Positions 1 through 14,500 of a DNA stretch of 64,000 nt are shown here, one piece after another. How positions within the stretch are numbered: the stretch's first letter is position 1; each line of letters starts with the position of its first letter. The translations under genes and the position numbers were made by a program. Origin of the DNA: Ophelia neglecta (taxonomy: Eukaryota); contig OZ260662.1 of NCBI GenBank assembly GCA_965285935.1, positions 75,702,001 through 75,766,000 on the forward strand. Reading direction: 5' to 3'. The notes under the pieces were generated by a model. It was not told the origin of the DNA. It made no database searches and saw only the letters and a program-made list of their open reading frames with translations.

Positions 1-3000
1 TATCTGATTGTGAACCTTAGGATACTGAGTGCTCTACAAATGCTACTACTATTATTATTCATTTGAAACCAGGTAATATTTCAGCATTATGATTATGATT
101 GATGTTTTGTGTCACTTTTTATGTAGAGCATGCTTGTGGTTTTCTCTCAATAATATTTGTTATAATAATACTTCTTGGTCAGCCAACGAATTATCTATCA
201 ACCTACGTTCAGTTTCAAACTTAATGCTTGTAGCTTGAGCTTAAGCTCTCACTTTCCGATCATGACATGTTACTAATTTAACTAGGTTTGCATGTCTGCA
301 GATTTGTGATATATTTAGTATGATCTCGGATTGCAAATATCTTCCCTGAGGGGACGACTCGCGGTTTAGACTGAGGCTGCATAAACCTGATAACAAACGG
401 AAGCAAAGATTGAGCATGCCACTTGGGTTTTCCCATGTGTATCATGCCATCCGTGCTGCCAAGATAGCCTTTTCATTATTCAGTTAATTATGGGAACTAG
501 ACAGCACTGAATACTGACCCAACTACATTCATTAGATACAAAATTGTATAAAAGCAGTAAATACCATCAAGCTTTTAAAGTAGTTTCATGCGTAATCTTC
601 ACGTACACAGCAGTCCATTCAGTATCCTAAGGACAAGACTGTCTTGAAGATTAAACTCATGTCCGAAATGATGGACTCGGATATTTGCAACTCACGTGTT
701 CGAGAAATGCATTCGTGTTATTACTGCACAAATGCATCCTTGATTAAGTAGTACCTATAGACGCAGCGAATGCAGTCTAAATCAGAGTTTCAATTGTTAA
801 TCAACCACACCCAGCTTAATTATAGCACTTCTAAACTCACTGAGTCGAGGTAGGGCCTATATGAAACCATGATTTAAAAAGAATTTCAGTCTATACATGG
901 TTTGGTGGGCTTGTAAAAAGCTCTGAAGGCAAAGGTGCATAAATAACATGTCGCCCTTACCTGGGGTGGGGGCAGGGGGGAGGCTTTCCTCTTTGCTCCC
1001 GGCCAATCCTTAACTGTGGCAGCGGGATAGGTGTTTCATGACCCTGACTATGAAAGAGCAATGCATTGGCATCGATTTGGGCCTTGATCTAAACGTCTAG
1101 GCATCTTTTGGGTAAAATTATGCTCAATGTACTCATGACAATCAGTAAGTTTAAGATATATTTCTTGGGTCCACCTACACTTATAAAAACACCCAAACAG
1201 TTTTTTTCTGAAGATAAATTTATCTGTGTGATTTTTCCTCAAAGCAACTTCAGTAGAGCAATATATCACATAAACAGGCTTTTCTGTGGTATGAGAGCAG
1301 GGCTCGGGGTACAAGCACAATGGCTTATATTTAATTCAGGGCTTGATTTGAAGCTGAGTGTACCGTTCGAATGCAAAGTTACTTTTGCAAATGCATAATC
1401 TGCTTCTCTATATCGATCGCTTTGGCCGCGGGGTTAAACTGTCTTATTGTGCTTATTATGGCAGATCATTTAAAAACATTTTAAGTTATGAAATGACGTG
1501 CCCGGTCCACCATAAAAAGTATAATACGCACTGGTAGACTAAATTTGACTGCCAGTAAAGAAAGGATCTTCAAAGGAAATGTCTGGTCCGCTGATTCTAA
1601 CAGTTGTCTTGCTGTTACGAGATTATCCTTTGGCGGGGGTCCCCAACGATCTGTTCTGAAAAATAAACGTTCTGATGCCACTTTTAGGTTGCCTGCAAAA
1701 AGTGTTTATAAGAACATATCAGCTTGTAAATTTCTTGGTTGGTTGCCACCAGATTACTTGCTAGAGATCACTGGATGGACCTGTATGTGATGGACACCCT
1801 TGTACTGACACAATGTAATTGTATGTGAACTGGATGTGCTATTGCAGGAAAAAAAACAAAAAGGTATACAATTTCTAAACCAAATATTACAAACTGCTTC
1901 TTTATGGCGCGTAATTGGTGTCACAGGAATGTGATTATTATATATCGTACTTCTTTGAAAGAGATCCTAAAGCTGGGTACTTGGTTACACGCTGGACCCA
2001 TTAAGGTCAATTTTGTAAATTCTACCCCTGCTGTTAAATTCTACCATTGCATCTTTAGTGTACGAAAAATACACGCATGAATGGTGAGGATTCCGGTTTA
2101 TATAGCTGTAATGTACAATGGGGAAAACACTGAGAAAAATGTGACGGTACTGAATATTGCTGAATGGGGCCATTATCCGAAACAATTTCGAGGGAATAAA
2201 AATTATATAATATAGCATTTAATAAGTACATTGCCAACAATTCATTTGATTTTTAAAAATGGTATGGTGTCCCTGGCCTGAAAGGCCATTTGTTTGTGTT
2301 TTGAGGAGTATTGCCTTTGAAATACTTCCCCAGTCTTTTATTATTACACGATCCAGCCATGGCTCTTGTAGATCGGCTTGCCATGTTACTTTATTGAAGA
2401 GACAGATAGCGTCCAAGAGACGTTGATATCCGCGTAGACGGACATCAGTTCTTTTCTCAACAACCTGGCCTCCGTTTTTATCCTGCTTTCCATGCAGGGA
2501 CTGTCCAGTGTGGAAAATGACTTCCTTCCTTTCTCATATCTTGCTAATTGGATTCAATCTGGACCTATGAGAGATGACTTGTAAGCTGTCAGCAATTATA
2601 ACATTTGCCCATGTGCTTCTGCGGACGCGGGACATTCTAAAAAGAAAATTGATGCGAGGCAGATGTTTTTGCAATTCCGAATGTCAAATTTTGCCAGACC
2701 ACATTTCTGGTATAGACATTTCCCTTTCCCTAGATAACAGCTTACAGTGTGTGTAGCCTATGGGGTTTTTTCGTACCTCTCAGCATGCTTCCAAACAATC
2801 GCCGGCTGAGCAAGTAACGTTACTGCGGATCGAGGTCAATTCATCTGGAAGATCACGAGTCGATGGTCCTGTGTATTGTCTGCAGAGTGGAATAGCCCCT
2901 TTCACCATCAGTCTCATACAGCCTTGATCGACGGATGAAATGGATAGGAATATTACTTTGTCTGTATATCAAATTTTCAATCCTGCGACTAATTTTTAAA

Positions 3001-3539
3001 ATGTTCAAACGAAACATTTTGCCCCCAAATTTAATAATACAAAATCCCCTGTAACCCGAGGTGCCCAAAGGGGCACCGTTTGAATTTTATATATATATAT
3101 CCCCCGTGAAGTGAAGCAACACTTACTTTGTGTATGTAGTGTTTAAAAGACGTTGGTCCAAAAAATATCTCATTAGTTTCGTACATCGCAAAGATAATAG
3201 ATAAGTCCATATATTGGTCTCTAGGAGATGCTCCGATGGTAGCCAACCAAGAAGTTTCAAATTGGGATCTGTTCTTATCGGTTATTTTTATTTTCCAGCC
3301 AGTTGACATCAGGACATATACATCAGGTCAGCTCGTTGGTTCTCACTTACTAGATATATTCTGAGTACGTTTCCAATGTGCATTTGTCATGAACTTATTC
3401 AATCCCAACCATTTAAGATTGCCACATTTGTACACAAGGTCCAATAATGGTCTTAGCTTTCTGTGCCATTGTCTTAGTGATATTTTAAATTTCTTTGTCT
3501 AAAACGTGTTCACGTTTTTATGGATTGATGGACATCATT

Positions 3540-4464
3540 GCTCTTGATGATATCGTGGGAACGAAATATCCATGGCTGCAGAATTGAGGGTCATTTAGTC
3601 GACGTATAGCAAGGTAAATAATGAGAGACTTGCTATGCATGAACATAAATGATCATTGTATTTCCAGAGTAATGAATTATTGCGTACATTATAGATCCAT
3701 GCAGAAACGAGGGTCATTTATTCGAAGCAAATGAAATTAAATTAGGTGCTGAATTGATAGTATGCATGATCATCAATTGTATTTCCAGGGTAATGACCAA
3801 ATTCGTATAATATATGTGGCCATCGATGAATATACCGAATGATTCGAATCGGACCCTCCTTGTCCATTGCGCAAATGGTAATAGGTTATTCGCGCGAGAG
3901 CTCACGTTGTACGTTGGATTTTGTGCGCGAATTTACGAGAGCCGCCATTGTGTTCACCCTGAGGATTCCGAACGAACAGCGGTCACCAAGCACAAACAGA
4001 AATAAATTAGCGTAATCGGCGTTTTACTCCACCTCAGAAGGTAAATGTAACATTATTTTAAATATTTAAGTACAGAGAAGCGGTACGTTGTATTATTGCT
4101 TGAGTGGCATGCGTTGGTAACGTTATTTTCCCCCTGATATCTTCAGCGATAGCCGCGGAATTCCTGATATAGACTAAAAAGCTCCTCATAGTGTCCCGTT
4201 TTGGCCTTACTAAACGTGGCTATTCCGCATTGCTGGGGTTCCCTCGAAGTCTGTCTACAAATTGGCATGTCCAGATACTTCTGCGTGTGTGCGACCTGAT
4301 CAACAGCTCAATAGCTTATGAATACCGCGATTAACTCCATGCTGCCGAGAGCCCCGATTCGAATCTCTCGGTATATACATCTCTGATGTAGGCTAATTTT
4401 TATCTATCGTATAACATGACAGGATGCCCCAAAGGGGTTGACTTCTATCACCAACGTGGTGAAA
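3540..4464 (+). pseudogene. Decayed partial duplicate of the PqaA/AprA-like gene (end of intron 5 plus start of exon 6), interrupted by a hAT-like element
   Basis: 4423-4464 translates DAPKGLTSITNVVK, against GASMGMTTITNVVK at 13717, and follows the same 'tatctatc..tgacag' acceptor. 3540-3820 resembles 13540-13690 (gcagaattgagggtcatt...ttgtatttccaggg.aatgacca...cgtataatatatg); an approximately 120-bp unit is present twice here. Confidence 0.8.
3821..4385. mobile_element. Non-autonomous hAT-like DNA transposon (MITE)
   Basis: Imperfect terminal inverted repeats (TIRs) of about 32 bp: catcgatgaatataccgaatgattcgaatcgg and ccgattcgaatctctcggtatatacatctctg. Flanks atgt-ggc / atgtaggc are a near 8-bp TSD. 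The paralogous empty site is visible at about 13685. Confidence 0.75.
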
Positions 4465-5551
4465 TATATATATCACATTTCATATCTTGTAAATATATAA
4501 ATAGGGACCCAGCATGGCAGCGCTTTGAGGTCAGATGGCACAAGTGGCCTGCCGTAACTGATTGTACAACTCGACTTTTGGGAACGATCATGCGTATCAA
4601 TTTTGCTCAGGAAGTGCAGCCCCGGAAAACGGACTCCTCGCTGACAGCTGAAGCAATCCGGGCTGATATCGAATGTGTTATCTGCCACCTGTCGTTTGGT
4701 TCACTGCCTCCCCGTTCTGTCGTTTGATTGGATTACGTGAAAGGCAGGCTTCAGTGTGTCCTCGATAACATAACATTTGATTTCGAATTTAGTCGGCATG
4801 TTTGAATAAATGATGTGTAACATTCTAAGTTAGTTTATGTAGGGGGCAAGTAACTAAATGAGGAATTTAGTTGGAGTATTAAAACGTACTGAATCACAAG
4901 ATATTTACTTAAACTATTCCAAATTTCAAATTTTTGGACGTGCTTTACTCACCAGTTGATTTTTTTTACCATTAATGTTAAGATTCTTAACTTAAGTAAA
5001 TATGCTTTTATTACTTTTGTGTTATCCAGGAGGAGGAAATTAAGAAACATAAAATAACTGTTTGTATGCCCGGTTTAAAAATTGAAAGGGGGAATCTGTG
5101 AAGCCACTGTGTGTAATGCAAGCTTTTAAAATACGAGACTTATTGCGACATCGAGTCAAACAAACAGCAGCTCCTGTGTTTACCAGACAAGTTATCTTTG
5201 TGGCTGTGCTTGTAACGTTAGTTTATAGCCAGTAAATCTTTCATTGAAAAGTCGTTTCAGTAAAATAGAAAAGGTGTTGGATTTTTAGCAATAGGGCCTA
5301 TGGCATAATAAGGGTGGATAACCTGTTTATTATGGATATGAGTGATATTATTCTTACTCAACCAGGGGTCCATATAATATTATGCAAATAATAAGGTTAA
5401 TAATGGGCTAAATAAGTCATATATAACTAACTGTTAACACAAGGTCATAATTTGATAAGATGTACCATTATCTTTCCTGTTGTCTCCATAAACGCGACAG
5501 GTAGCTGCTATCACATAAACTTGAATAGGGGTTGTGTTTAGTTTCCTTGCA

Positions 5552-8500
5552 ATGTTGCGGTCGTCTGTTTTCCTTGCCCTGGTCTCATTGGTATGTACGT
5601 ATGTACAATAGAATATTTTATATGGCCAATCAGCGTCTTTTTTATTGATCTGTAGCCGAATTGATCTTATTATACTAATTCATTTTGATTAAGATAATAC
5701 ACATGCCTGTTTTAGAATATATACTCTACATGGTACTCTGTTTGAACTCGTGTGCAAAGCCATTTTGAATTGATCTTTTTATAAACCATATTAATTTTTA
5801 ATACAAACTTATCTAGTTTGGTGTAGGCTCTATTATCCTATTCAAACTCTTATATAAGCAGTTGCGCCTTCCATTTATATTTGGTCAATTTTTTTGCCAC
5901 TTTGTTCTGGCCTATATATCTTTATTAATGAACTTAGTAAGTTCATTTGTTTAATAAGATGTTTATAAGTAAAAAAGTCATATTTTATTTGTTTTGATAA
6001 ATAAATTGTGGGAAATAAGAAGTTGTGGTATAATATAAGTACGTTACGATTTCGGCACGAAAACTTGAAATTCAACTAAAATTCCTTGGTACATCTGACT
6101 ATATTATGGCAGAATTATGAGAGAAGTTTCTTATACTTCTCCGTTAAAACTAATCCAATTCGGCGAAGATATTGGCTAGCTAATATATTAACCGCTTACT
6201 TTATCAAATGAAGACGACTGCCATTCCGTCCATAAATCACGTGAGACAACACAAAATTAATAAAGTGGTTATCAAGCTTATACTTTTGATATATACGTAC
6301 GAGATATGGACAGACTTTATTACTTAGCTTTAAAAATCACGTGGCCTTTGCAACCTATTACCTTTCAATGCAGCAGATTTTGTTTAAGTACCTGGAAAAC
6401 AAATGTCTTTTCATAGATTTATGATATAGATTCTTGTAATAGAGTTCTTCACATTATTACAATAATATAAATTTGTTTATTATCAGGTTTAGAAATACTG
6501 AATTAGTTTTTAGAATTGTCGCGTATGTGGTGACTCTTTTAGGGGACCCCTATAACTAGGATTATGCTGGTATTAGCTTCAGTCCAACCCTTTGCAGGAG
6601 CATATCAAACAAAGCCGGCTCCATGCGCAGGTAGTTGAAACATGCCCCCTCATCTTCCGGCCTCAGCCTCTGCATCAGTTGGCTACAGTCACCAAACTGT
6701 AGCCTTCTTGCTTGTGTCAGCCAGGGGCGAACCCACCAGGTTCTTAGTCTCCTTCCGTGCCTCTGCCCCCTCCTTCTGACGAGGACAATGGCCATCTGGT
6801 TCTGGAGAAGTGCTTGGTGACCTAGTAGGATGACACCATGTACCAAAGCTTGGTTGTTTATCTTAAACTTCTGGTATCGTTGCTTCTTCTACACCTTGCC
6901 AGAGACTAACTGAAGAACACCAGAAACCTCATACATATATACCCAGAGGCGTCCCTGTCATCATCATCATCATTTATTCATTTTACCTCCGCTTTCCGGA
7001 GAGTACAGAGAATAGTAAAAAATAAAATCTATTAATAATAATATAAACTAAATCAAAAATTATTAGCGAACAAGAACAAATATATTAATCACAGAAAAAA
7101 AAAAATGCAAGTGCGCCCACTCCCCACTAGTCTCATCACTAACACGGTTATCTAGGTTTTGGGTTTTCTCTTATTACGGAGGGAGTAAGTGTGGCCAATG
7201 ACTGACAGGATAAGCTCTGTGCCCCGTTTGCCCGACATGGCCTCAGTGAGAGTCGCCCTAGTCAGCGCGTCCGCTCCAAGGCTTGTGTCGTGTCCCTTGT
7301 CACTGAGGCATCTTAGTAATAAGCCTGTGTATGTGATGGTTGCTGGGCAGAACCACAACATGTGTGCTAGCGTGTCTGGATGACAACAACACGAGGGACA
7401 TATATCAAAAGCTGCGCAGTCTGATTGCCTAATGGAGTGTTCATACAGGTTGGACGTTTTGGTGACGAGTTTAATTACCGTTTGCGCGCCACTAAGTTGG
7501 GTCATAGACTTTGCAATCCTCCACATTTCCGACAGTTTATAATCTATGCAAACCTCCCTGTACAGGTCTAGGCTAGAGTAGGTGAGACATTCCTGTTTCC
7601 ATACGGAGCACTGCCGCATCCCCACTATCTTAGCGGAGTGACTTTTCCAGGCACTTTTACTAGCTGATACGCCTCTGTGGAGCCAGGAGCGAAGGGTTTC
7701 CTCTGTGCCATATTTCACAAAAGCGTCAACCATTATTGCTGTTGGGCTCCCCACAGGAAGGGTCCCGGTTAGGTCCCACTCAGTCAATGTGTGCACGAAG
7801 AGCTGTCTATATAAGGATTTGATTGATAGTGCCATTATGTCCCTAATCAATCTGAGTCTTCTCAAGTCCAGCAGGTGTTCTATTGACCACCATCCCAACT
7901 GTGCCATGGCAGCCGGGTTGGCAGTGTGTACGGGGAGACCCTGGATCCTCTTAGCATGTTGTCTGTGTTGAGTTTCCAGGTCAGCCATTTGCTTCGGTGA
8001 AAGATGCAATGTTTCTAGGCCGTAAACCATGCTAGGGATAACAATTGACCAATATAATTTAGATAAGACAAGGGTATTATATTTCCCGGCTGCAGATCCG
8101 ATACCAAGCACGCTGTTCATTGCTCTCTTCCCACGGCTCAGTCGCGCCTGGACTGCATAAGGCAGGTCGCTCGGTAAGGGGCAGAGGGGTACTCCAAGTT
8201 GCGTGGTCTGTTCTTTATGCGGAATGTGTTCTGGTCCTAGACTGACATGGAGCTGATCTTCCTTGTTTTCCCCGAAGGTGATAATTTCACATTTGGAGAC
8301 ATTGAATGTCATTCTCAATGTCTTCCCATAGTCGTCGGCGATCTGACACATTTTCTGTAGTGACTTCTCATGCAGCGCAAGTAAAGTTATGTCGTCTGCA
8401 TATCCGGGACAGGCGGAGTTCAAACCATAGGCTACACATCCCAGGCCGCTGTTCTCCAGCGACTGGAAGAGACTGTTATACATGAACGTAAATAGCATCA

Positions 8501-11500
8501 TTGAGAGCAGGCCCCCCTTGGTGCAGGCCCTGACCAATTGGGTACCAATCGGACTTACCGCCGGCCACCCTAACACAACTCTCAAAACGCCTGTACCAGG
8601 AGAGGAGGATGCGCCAAAGTTTTCCTCTGATGTCCATATTGTATAGGGTATAGAATAGACCAGGGATCCACACCGAGTCAAAAGCTTTGCGGGCGTCTAG
8701 AAGGCATGCGTATACCGATTCTCCTCTAGCACGTTGATAATATATGGCCTCACGCATGTGAATGGTGGGGTGGAGGCTTGAGCAGCCCTTCTGACAAGCC
8801 GCTTGCATTGGGCTCACCAGGTTTCTGCCTTCTGACCAGTCAGTAATGCGACGCATGAGTATGCCTTCATACAACTTGCTCAGGACTGTCAGAAGCGTTA
8901 TTTTACGGTAGTTGTCCTTATTGACTGGGTTCTTACCCCCGCCTTTGTGTAGGGGTATTTCAATTCCTCGTCTAAAGTTCTCTGGGATATATTCTAGTTG
9001 AGTAATGGCGATGAATAAGTAGGTTAGACATTTAATTAGTTCATGACCGCCATATTTGAAATGCTCTGGGGCTAGATCGTCCCAGCCTCCCGCTTTGCCT
9101 GTACGCAGTCTGGATACGGCGTGGGACACTTCCTGTTCTGAGACGGGTTGCCCTAAAATGTTATTGGCACGAAGAGGCGAGTCTTGCTCGAAAACCAGTA
9201 GATTATGTTCCACGTGTTTTTTGAAGGCTTTGTCATAATAATCAGAGTCTGTGGGTTGGCTTAGCTTATAAAAGTAGTTTCTCCACTCGGTTCGGATGGC
9301 TTCAGATTCCGTAATGATGCTGCCATCCTCTGCCTGTATGGCTGAGCTCTTGTTACCACGGCCGCTTTTACGACGTTTCTGTACAAGTTTCCAGAAGTAG
9401 TTTTGGTCCACCTCGTTCGTATGGAGAATTTTTTCTTGTTCGCGCTCGTCGCTTTCATGTTCCGCGCGTCGTCTCTCCTTTCGGTAAATGCGCTTACTCT
9501 CCTTGTATTTTCTGAAAAAGGTGTTAATTGGTTGTCGGGGGCGGCCGGCGGCTTTCCAGTTTTCAAAGTCCAGAGTACACGCCCTTTTCATGTTGTTCAG
9601 TGGGGCCCTCCAGTTAGGCTTAATATGAGTCTTAGGGCATCGCCGGGGGAGGTTTGCCTCGGCTGTATAGTGAAGGCATGCTGTGACACGCTGGATAAAG
9701 TACTCCGCTTCCTCTGGGTTGCTGATGGCAAGTCTGGACCTGATAGTGATAAGCTCCTTCGAGACCGGGTAGGTATATCTCTGCCTTGTCTCTTCGGCTG
9801 ATAGTTTCTTCCAATTTATTTTACGTATGCTAACCCCTGGACAAGGGCAGGTAAGTGGGCAGATACCGATGCTTATATTTAGGGTCATGAACAGGGGCAG
9901 GTGATCAGATGTGATATCAGGATTATCAGGTAAAACCCGGCACTCGGATACATTATCTATTAGAGTTGTTGTAGTAAGAAAGTGGTCAAGGTAAGACACG
10001 TTACCATTGTAACCTATGTATGTGTGTGTTGGGCCGTCACATATTGGGGCCATGTCAGGGAAAACAAGGGCATTCTCAGTAGCAAAGTCTGCCAGCACGC
10101 TGCCATTATTAGATGTCTCACCCCAACCCCGATGACCGAATTCGCTTCCAAGGTGAGCATTCATGTCCCCTATAGTATTACAACAGGGCCAGTATTATGT
10201 AGAGTCTGAACTATTTCATTTAAAGTAGCGAGCACGTCATCAAAAGATATACTTTTACAACTTTGCTGTGGTAAGTAGGTAGCTAATACATGGACAGGTG
10301 ATTGGCTGTTTTTAAGGCGTAATGTTATGCCACAAATTCTATCATTATCGAACCAGTTCATCTCTTCGACACCTATTAAATCGTTAGACCAGAAAATGGC
10401 TACCCCTCCATGACCGATAACTGTGCCATATAGTTCTTGTTTGAGTCTGCCACTAGACTTGGCCATGCATGAGAAGTCAGGGCGGAGGGAATGAAGTCTA
10501 TCCAATTCACATGGGTATAAGAAATGTTCTGACAATGCCAAAATATCACACTCTGTAAGCAATGATTTTATAAACTGTTTGGAACCTGTAAAACCCCTAC
10601 AGTTCCACTGAGCGAACCTAAGACCATCTTTAACTACTTCGTTACTATTAGAACAAGAATTAGTATCTGACAAACACATGGTAATGATGAATATTATACA
10701 AGTACGACAAATTAAGTATCCCACGAGACTATAAATATGGGTTAGAGCTATGGTCATAGTAGATGTCCCGATTTGATGTCCCCTGGTATCGGGGGCGGAT
10801 ATCTCTAGAGAGCTCATCTTGGGTATCCGTGACTCTATCTCGGTAATGTTGGTAAGGATATGATGGATCATCATTTCGTCGCCTTTCCGTTTTCCATTTT
10901 GTCGCCAAAGAAACGCTCAGCTACCTTCTTGGTCGCCCAAGGAACTCTCAATGATCTCTCATGGATCTCTTCTGGTCTGTCGATGATCTCTCATGGTCGC
11001 ACCTGATCTTTCAGCGATCTCCATAGATCTCTCAATGAACTCTCTTGGTCGCCCAACGAGCACTCAGCAAACTCTCAATAGTCGCTGCATGAGGCTTGGT
11101 CTCCATTGATCTTTCAAGGATCTCTGAAGGATCTTTCAATGAGCGCTCAGTGAGCGCCAAGGTAGCTCAAAGGTCTCTATAGATCGCCATGAGTGTTGCC
11201 GAAAATTGAATTGTTGATCGCTCGACGGGCGCACAAGGATCTCCCGAACATTTACACAGAAACGGCTTTTTCGAGGCTTTTAGGAGATGGATGAGAGATC
11301 GGATCAATTTTTATCGCTCAATGGTCGCACAACGATATCCGAGCTGTGTAAAGGGGGCCTTACAAAATCATAATAACATTAGTTTCATGACAAAACAGTT
11401 TTTTTGATATATCTAAATTTACGCTTAATACATTATGATGATAATTAACAAAATTAGACAAAAGCTATAATTGTATCACCGTGTGTGGTTTAGGCATGGC

Positions 11501-14500
11501 TGATATATGCACATTTGAGGTGTTGGCCTGTCAGGCGAATATACATTTTCCTGGAAGAAGGATTCACTTGTATATTTTGACCTGGCAGAAATCTAGATAC
11601 GCTTTGTATTTTTCAAGGCGGTGGGCCACCCACTTTATGATTACGTCCATCGAGATGACGGCTGTTATAAGTATGAAATCCTCGAAAGCTTCCGAGACGA
11701 GGAACTCGGCATTACCACTCACAGTGTCAACATGTCCTCTCAATGCTGGATAGATGGTAAGGAACTAAGAATTTTTCCCTGCCCCGGAGAAAACGTTAAT
11801 TCGGGCTTGTAAAGAACCATATGTCCGATAGGCTGAGGCCTAGGCTAAATAGATTGAATCTACAAAGTATAATTAGATTATTTGAAATTACCTATTTTTA
11901 AACAAAACGATTAAGTATAGAGGACACTTCCAGCGGCATTTAAATTAATCAGCTCATAGGCCTAGTCAATACCAAATAGCAAATAAAATCATTAAAGCAA
12001 TAGCAAATAAAATAATTAAAGCAATTCCAAAAAAAAGGCTTACATTGATTGGAACATAAATATTAATCTCCAGTCACCCAATTCAGCCCACATTAACTCT
12101 TTAAATTTATTTATTATCCAATTGTAATAAAGTGCTACATTATGTTTAGACACTTGGAGCAGCCAGACGGAATGGTTCCACTATATGGCCATCGTGGTGC
12201 CGGACACCCTGGTGATCACAGACAAGGCATTCATTTTCATTGGGCAAGGCAACCAAAATGACGGGTCAGCGCTTCTACAGCAGTCAAATTGACAGAAGTG
12301 TAAAAGTTGTATGACATTTGAAAAAAAAAAGTTAACTTTGTTTTTATTAATATGTAATTATTATTATTATTATCATTTTCAGCCCGATACCAGAAGATGA
12401 CTTTATTTTGTATTTTATACAAGACATTTCGGCGCTTACTGGTTCGGTGGGCTGCCTAATCAACCAAATACCAAATCAGCCGATTACATTCCGCGTAATA
12501 ATATGTTATGACTAATCTTTCACTTAATTATTATAACCTATCATTCCACGATTTATTTTTAATTTTAATTAAACTAAAGTCGAAGTGAACGATTTTGTAT
12601 TCAACAATAACAATTTAACAGGTTTTCTTCTAAATATTTCATTATGTTCTATTGTATAGTAATTTGACATTGAATATACTATAATTTGCATAAAGAACGA
12701 CCCCAGGAACAAACGCCGGAGAGAGGATTCACTCATCGCCTACACGTGGATGAACTGGATCCGCACCCCGGAGAAGGAACGCAATCCTGACACCATGGTT
12801 CTATTCGCAATGGCAAAGGTTAGCCAAGAAATACAAGCTTTGTAATGAAATGTACTCAACCTAATTCTTATTGCGAGACAAGGTTACTAGTGTTAGGGTA
12901 GACATATCGATAAAAAATACCACCAAAACCCACGCTATACTAATTTACCACCGTTCGACCCCTCTCGCTGTGTTGCCTGCAGTTGCAAAACAGAGAGTAT
13001 TTCTTTAACAGCATTATCTGCTAGCGTAAATAGCCGTCAAAATGTTTTGGAAATTTATTGACAAATATTGAAGCTATAAATAAGCTAGATAAACTTTTCC
13101 GCCTGAAAACAGTTAAAAGTGTTTGAATGATTGCTTTTCTGCTCAAGGAGCTAATATAGGCTATATGCGATTCAATATTTGAATGGGCGGCCATCTGGGT
13201 GCGCACTGTCCAGTTTTTTTTTAAAAAGCGCCCAGCCAGTACATGGGCGTTTTTTATGGCAAATATCTGACGGGCACCGGTTATGTCGTGTGGTCAGAGT
13301 CTTATTTAATCGATATAGTGCTGTGGTATCGGCCCGATTTGTAGACGCTGTCCGGGTTGCCGTGGACTTTGAACGCGGAGCAAATTCGTTTTACGATCTC
13401 CTGCCGATTTTGTTCAAGAAAAACATCGGAGGTCACCCGGCAGAGTGCTGTAGGGGCACCGTGAGGGCATCTTAAGGTGGCCCTGCGCCTCACGGTGGCC
13501 CTGCGGTTTCCTGAAGCACCTTCCGTTCATCGTACTTCAGGGCTATTGATGATATTATGTAAAGGAACTGTGCATGCAGAATTGAGGGTCATTAATAGAA
13601 GTATATGAAATGAAATAATGAGATGAATTGATATGAATGATCGTCAATTGTATTTCCAGGGCAATGACCAGTTGCGTATAATATATGAAGCCCAATTTGT
13701 ATCTATCCTATGACAGGGTGCCTCCATGGGGATGACTACCATCACCAACGTGGTGAAAGAGAGGCATGGTCATGACATCGAGAAATTTCTAGTAATGGGA
13801 GCTTCAAAGGTATATCCAATAACACTTTAAATCATATTTGATATTTGTCTAGCCTAATTTTCTTTGCTAGGCATATAGGTATTTCCTAGACAACTCCAAA
13901 TTAGATTTTATGCTGTTTTGACCTGAAAGCTACATTCTATGGTAGGCCTATTGGTAATTTCACAATGTTAATTATTTGTTGTTAGCGCGGCTGGACCACC
14001 GTCTTGGTTGCGGCTGCTGATGAAAGAGTCATAGGAATGGTCCCACAAGTGATTAGCATATTCAATTTCCGACAGGTCAGTGTTATTACTTAGCAGCTTA
14101 GTGCGACAGTAAAAGAAAATATGAAATTGTAGGAGGCCCTTCATCGGAGGTACTTTTACATGGAAATATAGGAATTGGGGAAACTCTCCTTCTATCTTCA
14201 TCGGGAGGGTCCAGGACCACTGTATACTGAACCATACTGACCTAAATATAACGCAGGTAATACGATTTACAGATTCGCATGTTGGTCTAACGTTACGTCC
14301 TAAATTTAGGAATGAAAGATTGTGGTTCGAGAGACGTCCAACTGGCATGCAGTTTTACTAAATGACCATTTTACCTTGCAAGCAATTTAGTAGGTGTATA
14401 ATGCCTCGTATGACTTCGTTCATCATGCATTGTGTTGTGTTTTATGAATTGTCAGGTAGGCCTGTAGTGAAACCTGTCCAATCAGGTCAGTCAAGGGAAT

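Noticed and set aside
1048-3309. Short ORFs on both strands, and a possible minus-strand ATG-CTG-AGA-G|GTACG exon near 2775-2787
   Set aside because: No recognisable domain. The nearest acceptor (about 2565) leads to stops in all three frames.
7189-10209. Plus-strand ORFs overlapping the LINE
   Set aside because: Antisense shadows of the RT coding sequence.
13170-13530. GC-rich patch with two overlapping ORFs in AprA-like intron 5
   Set aside because: Looks like an internal transposon fragment. No TIR, TSD or protein similarity could be established.
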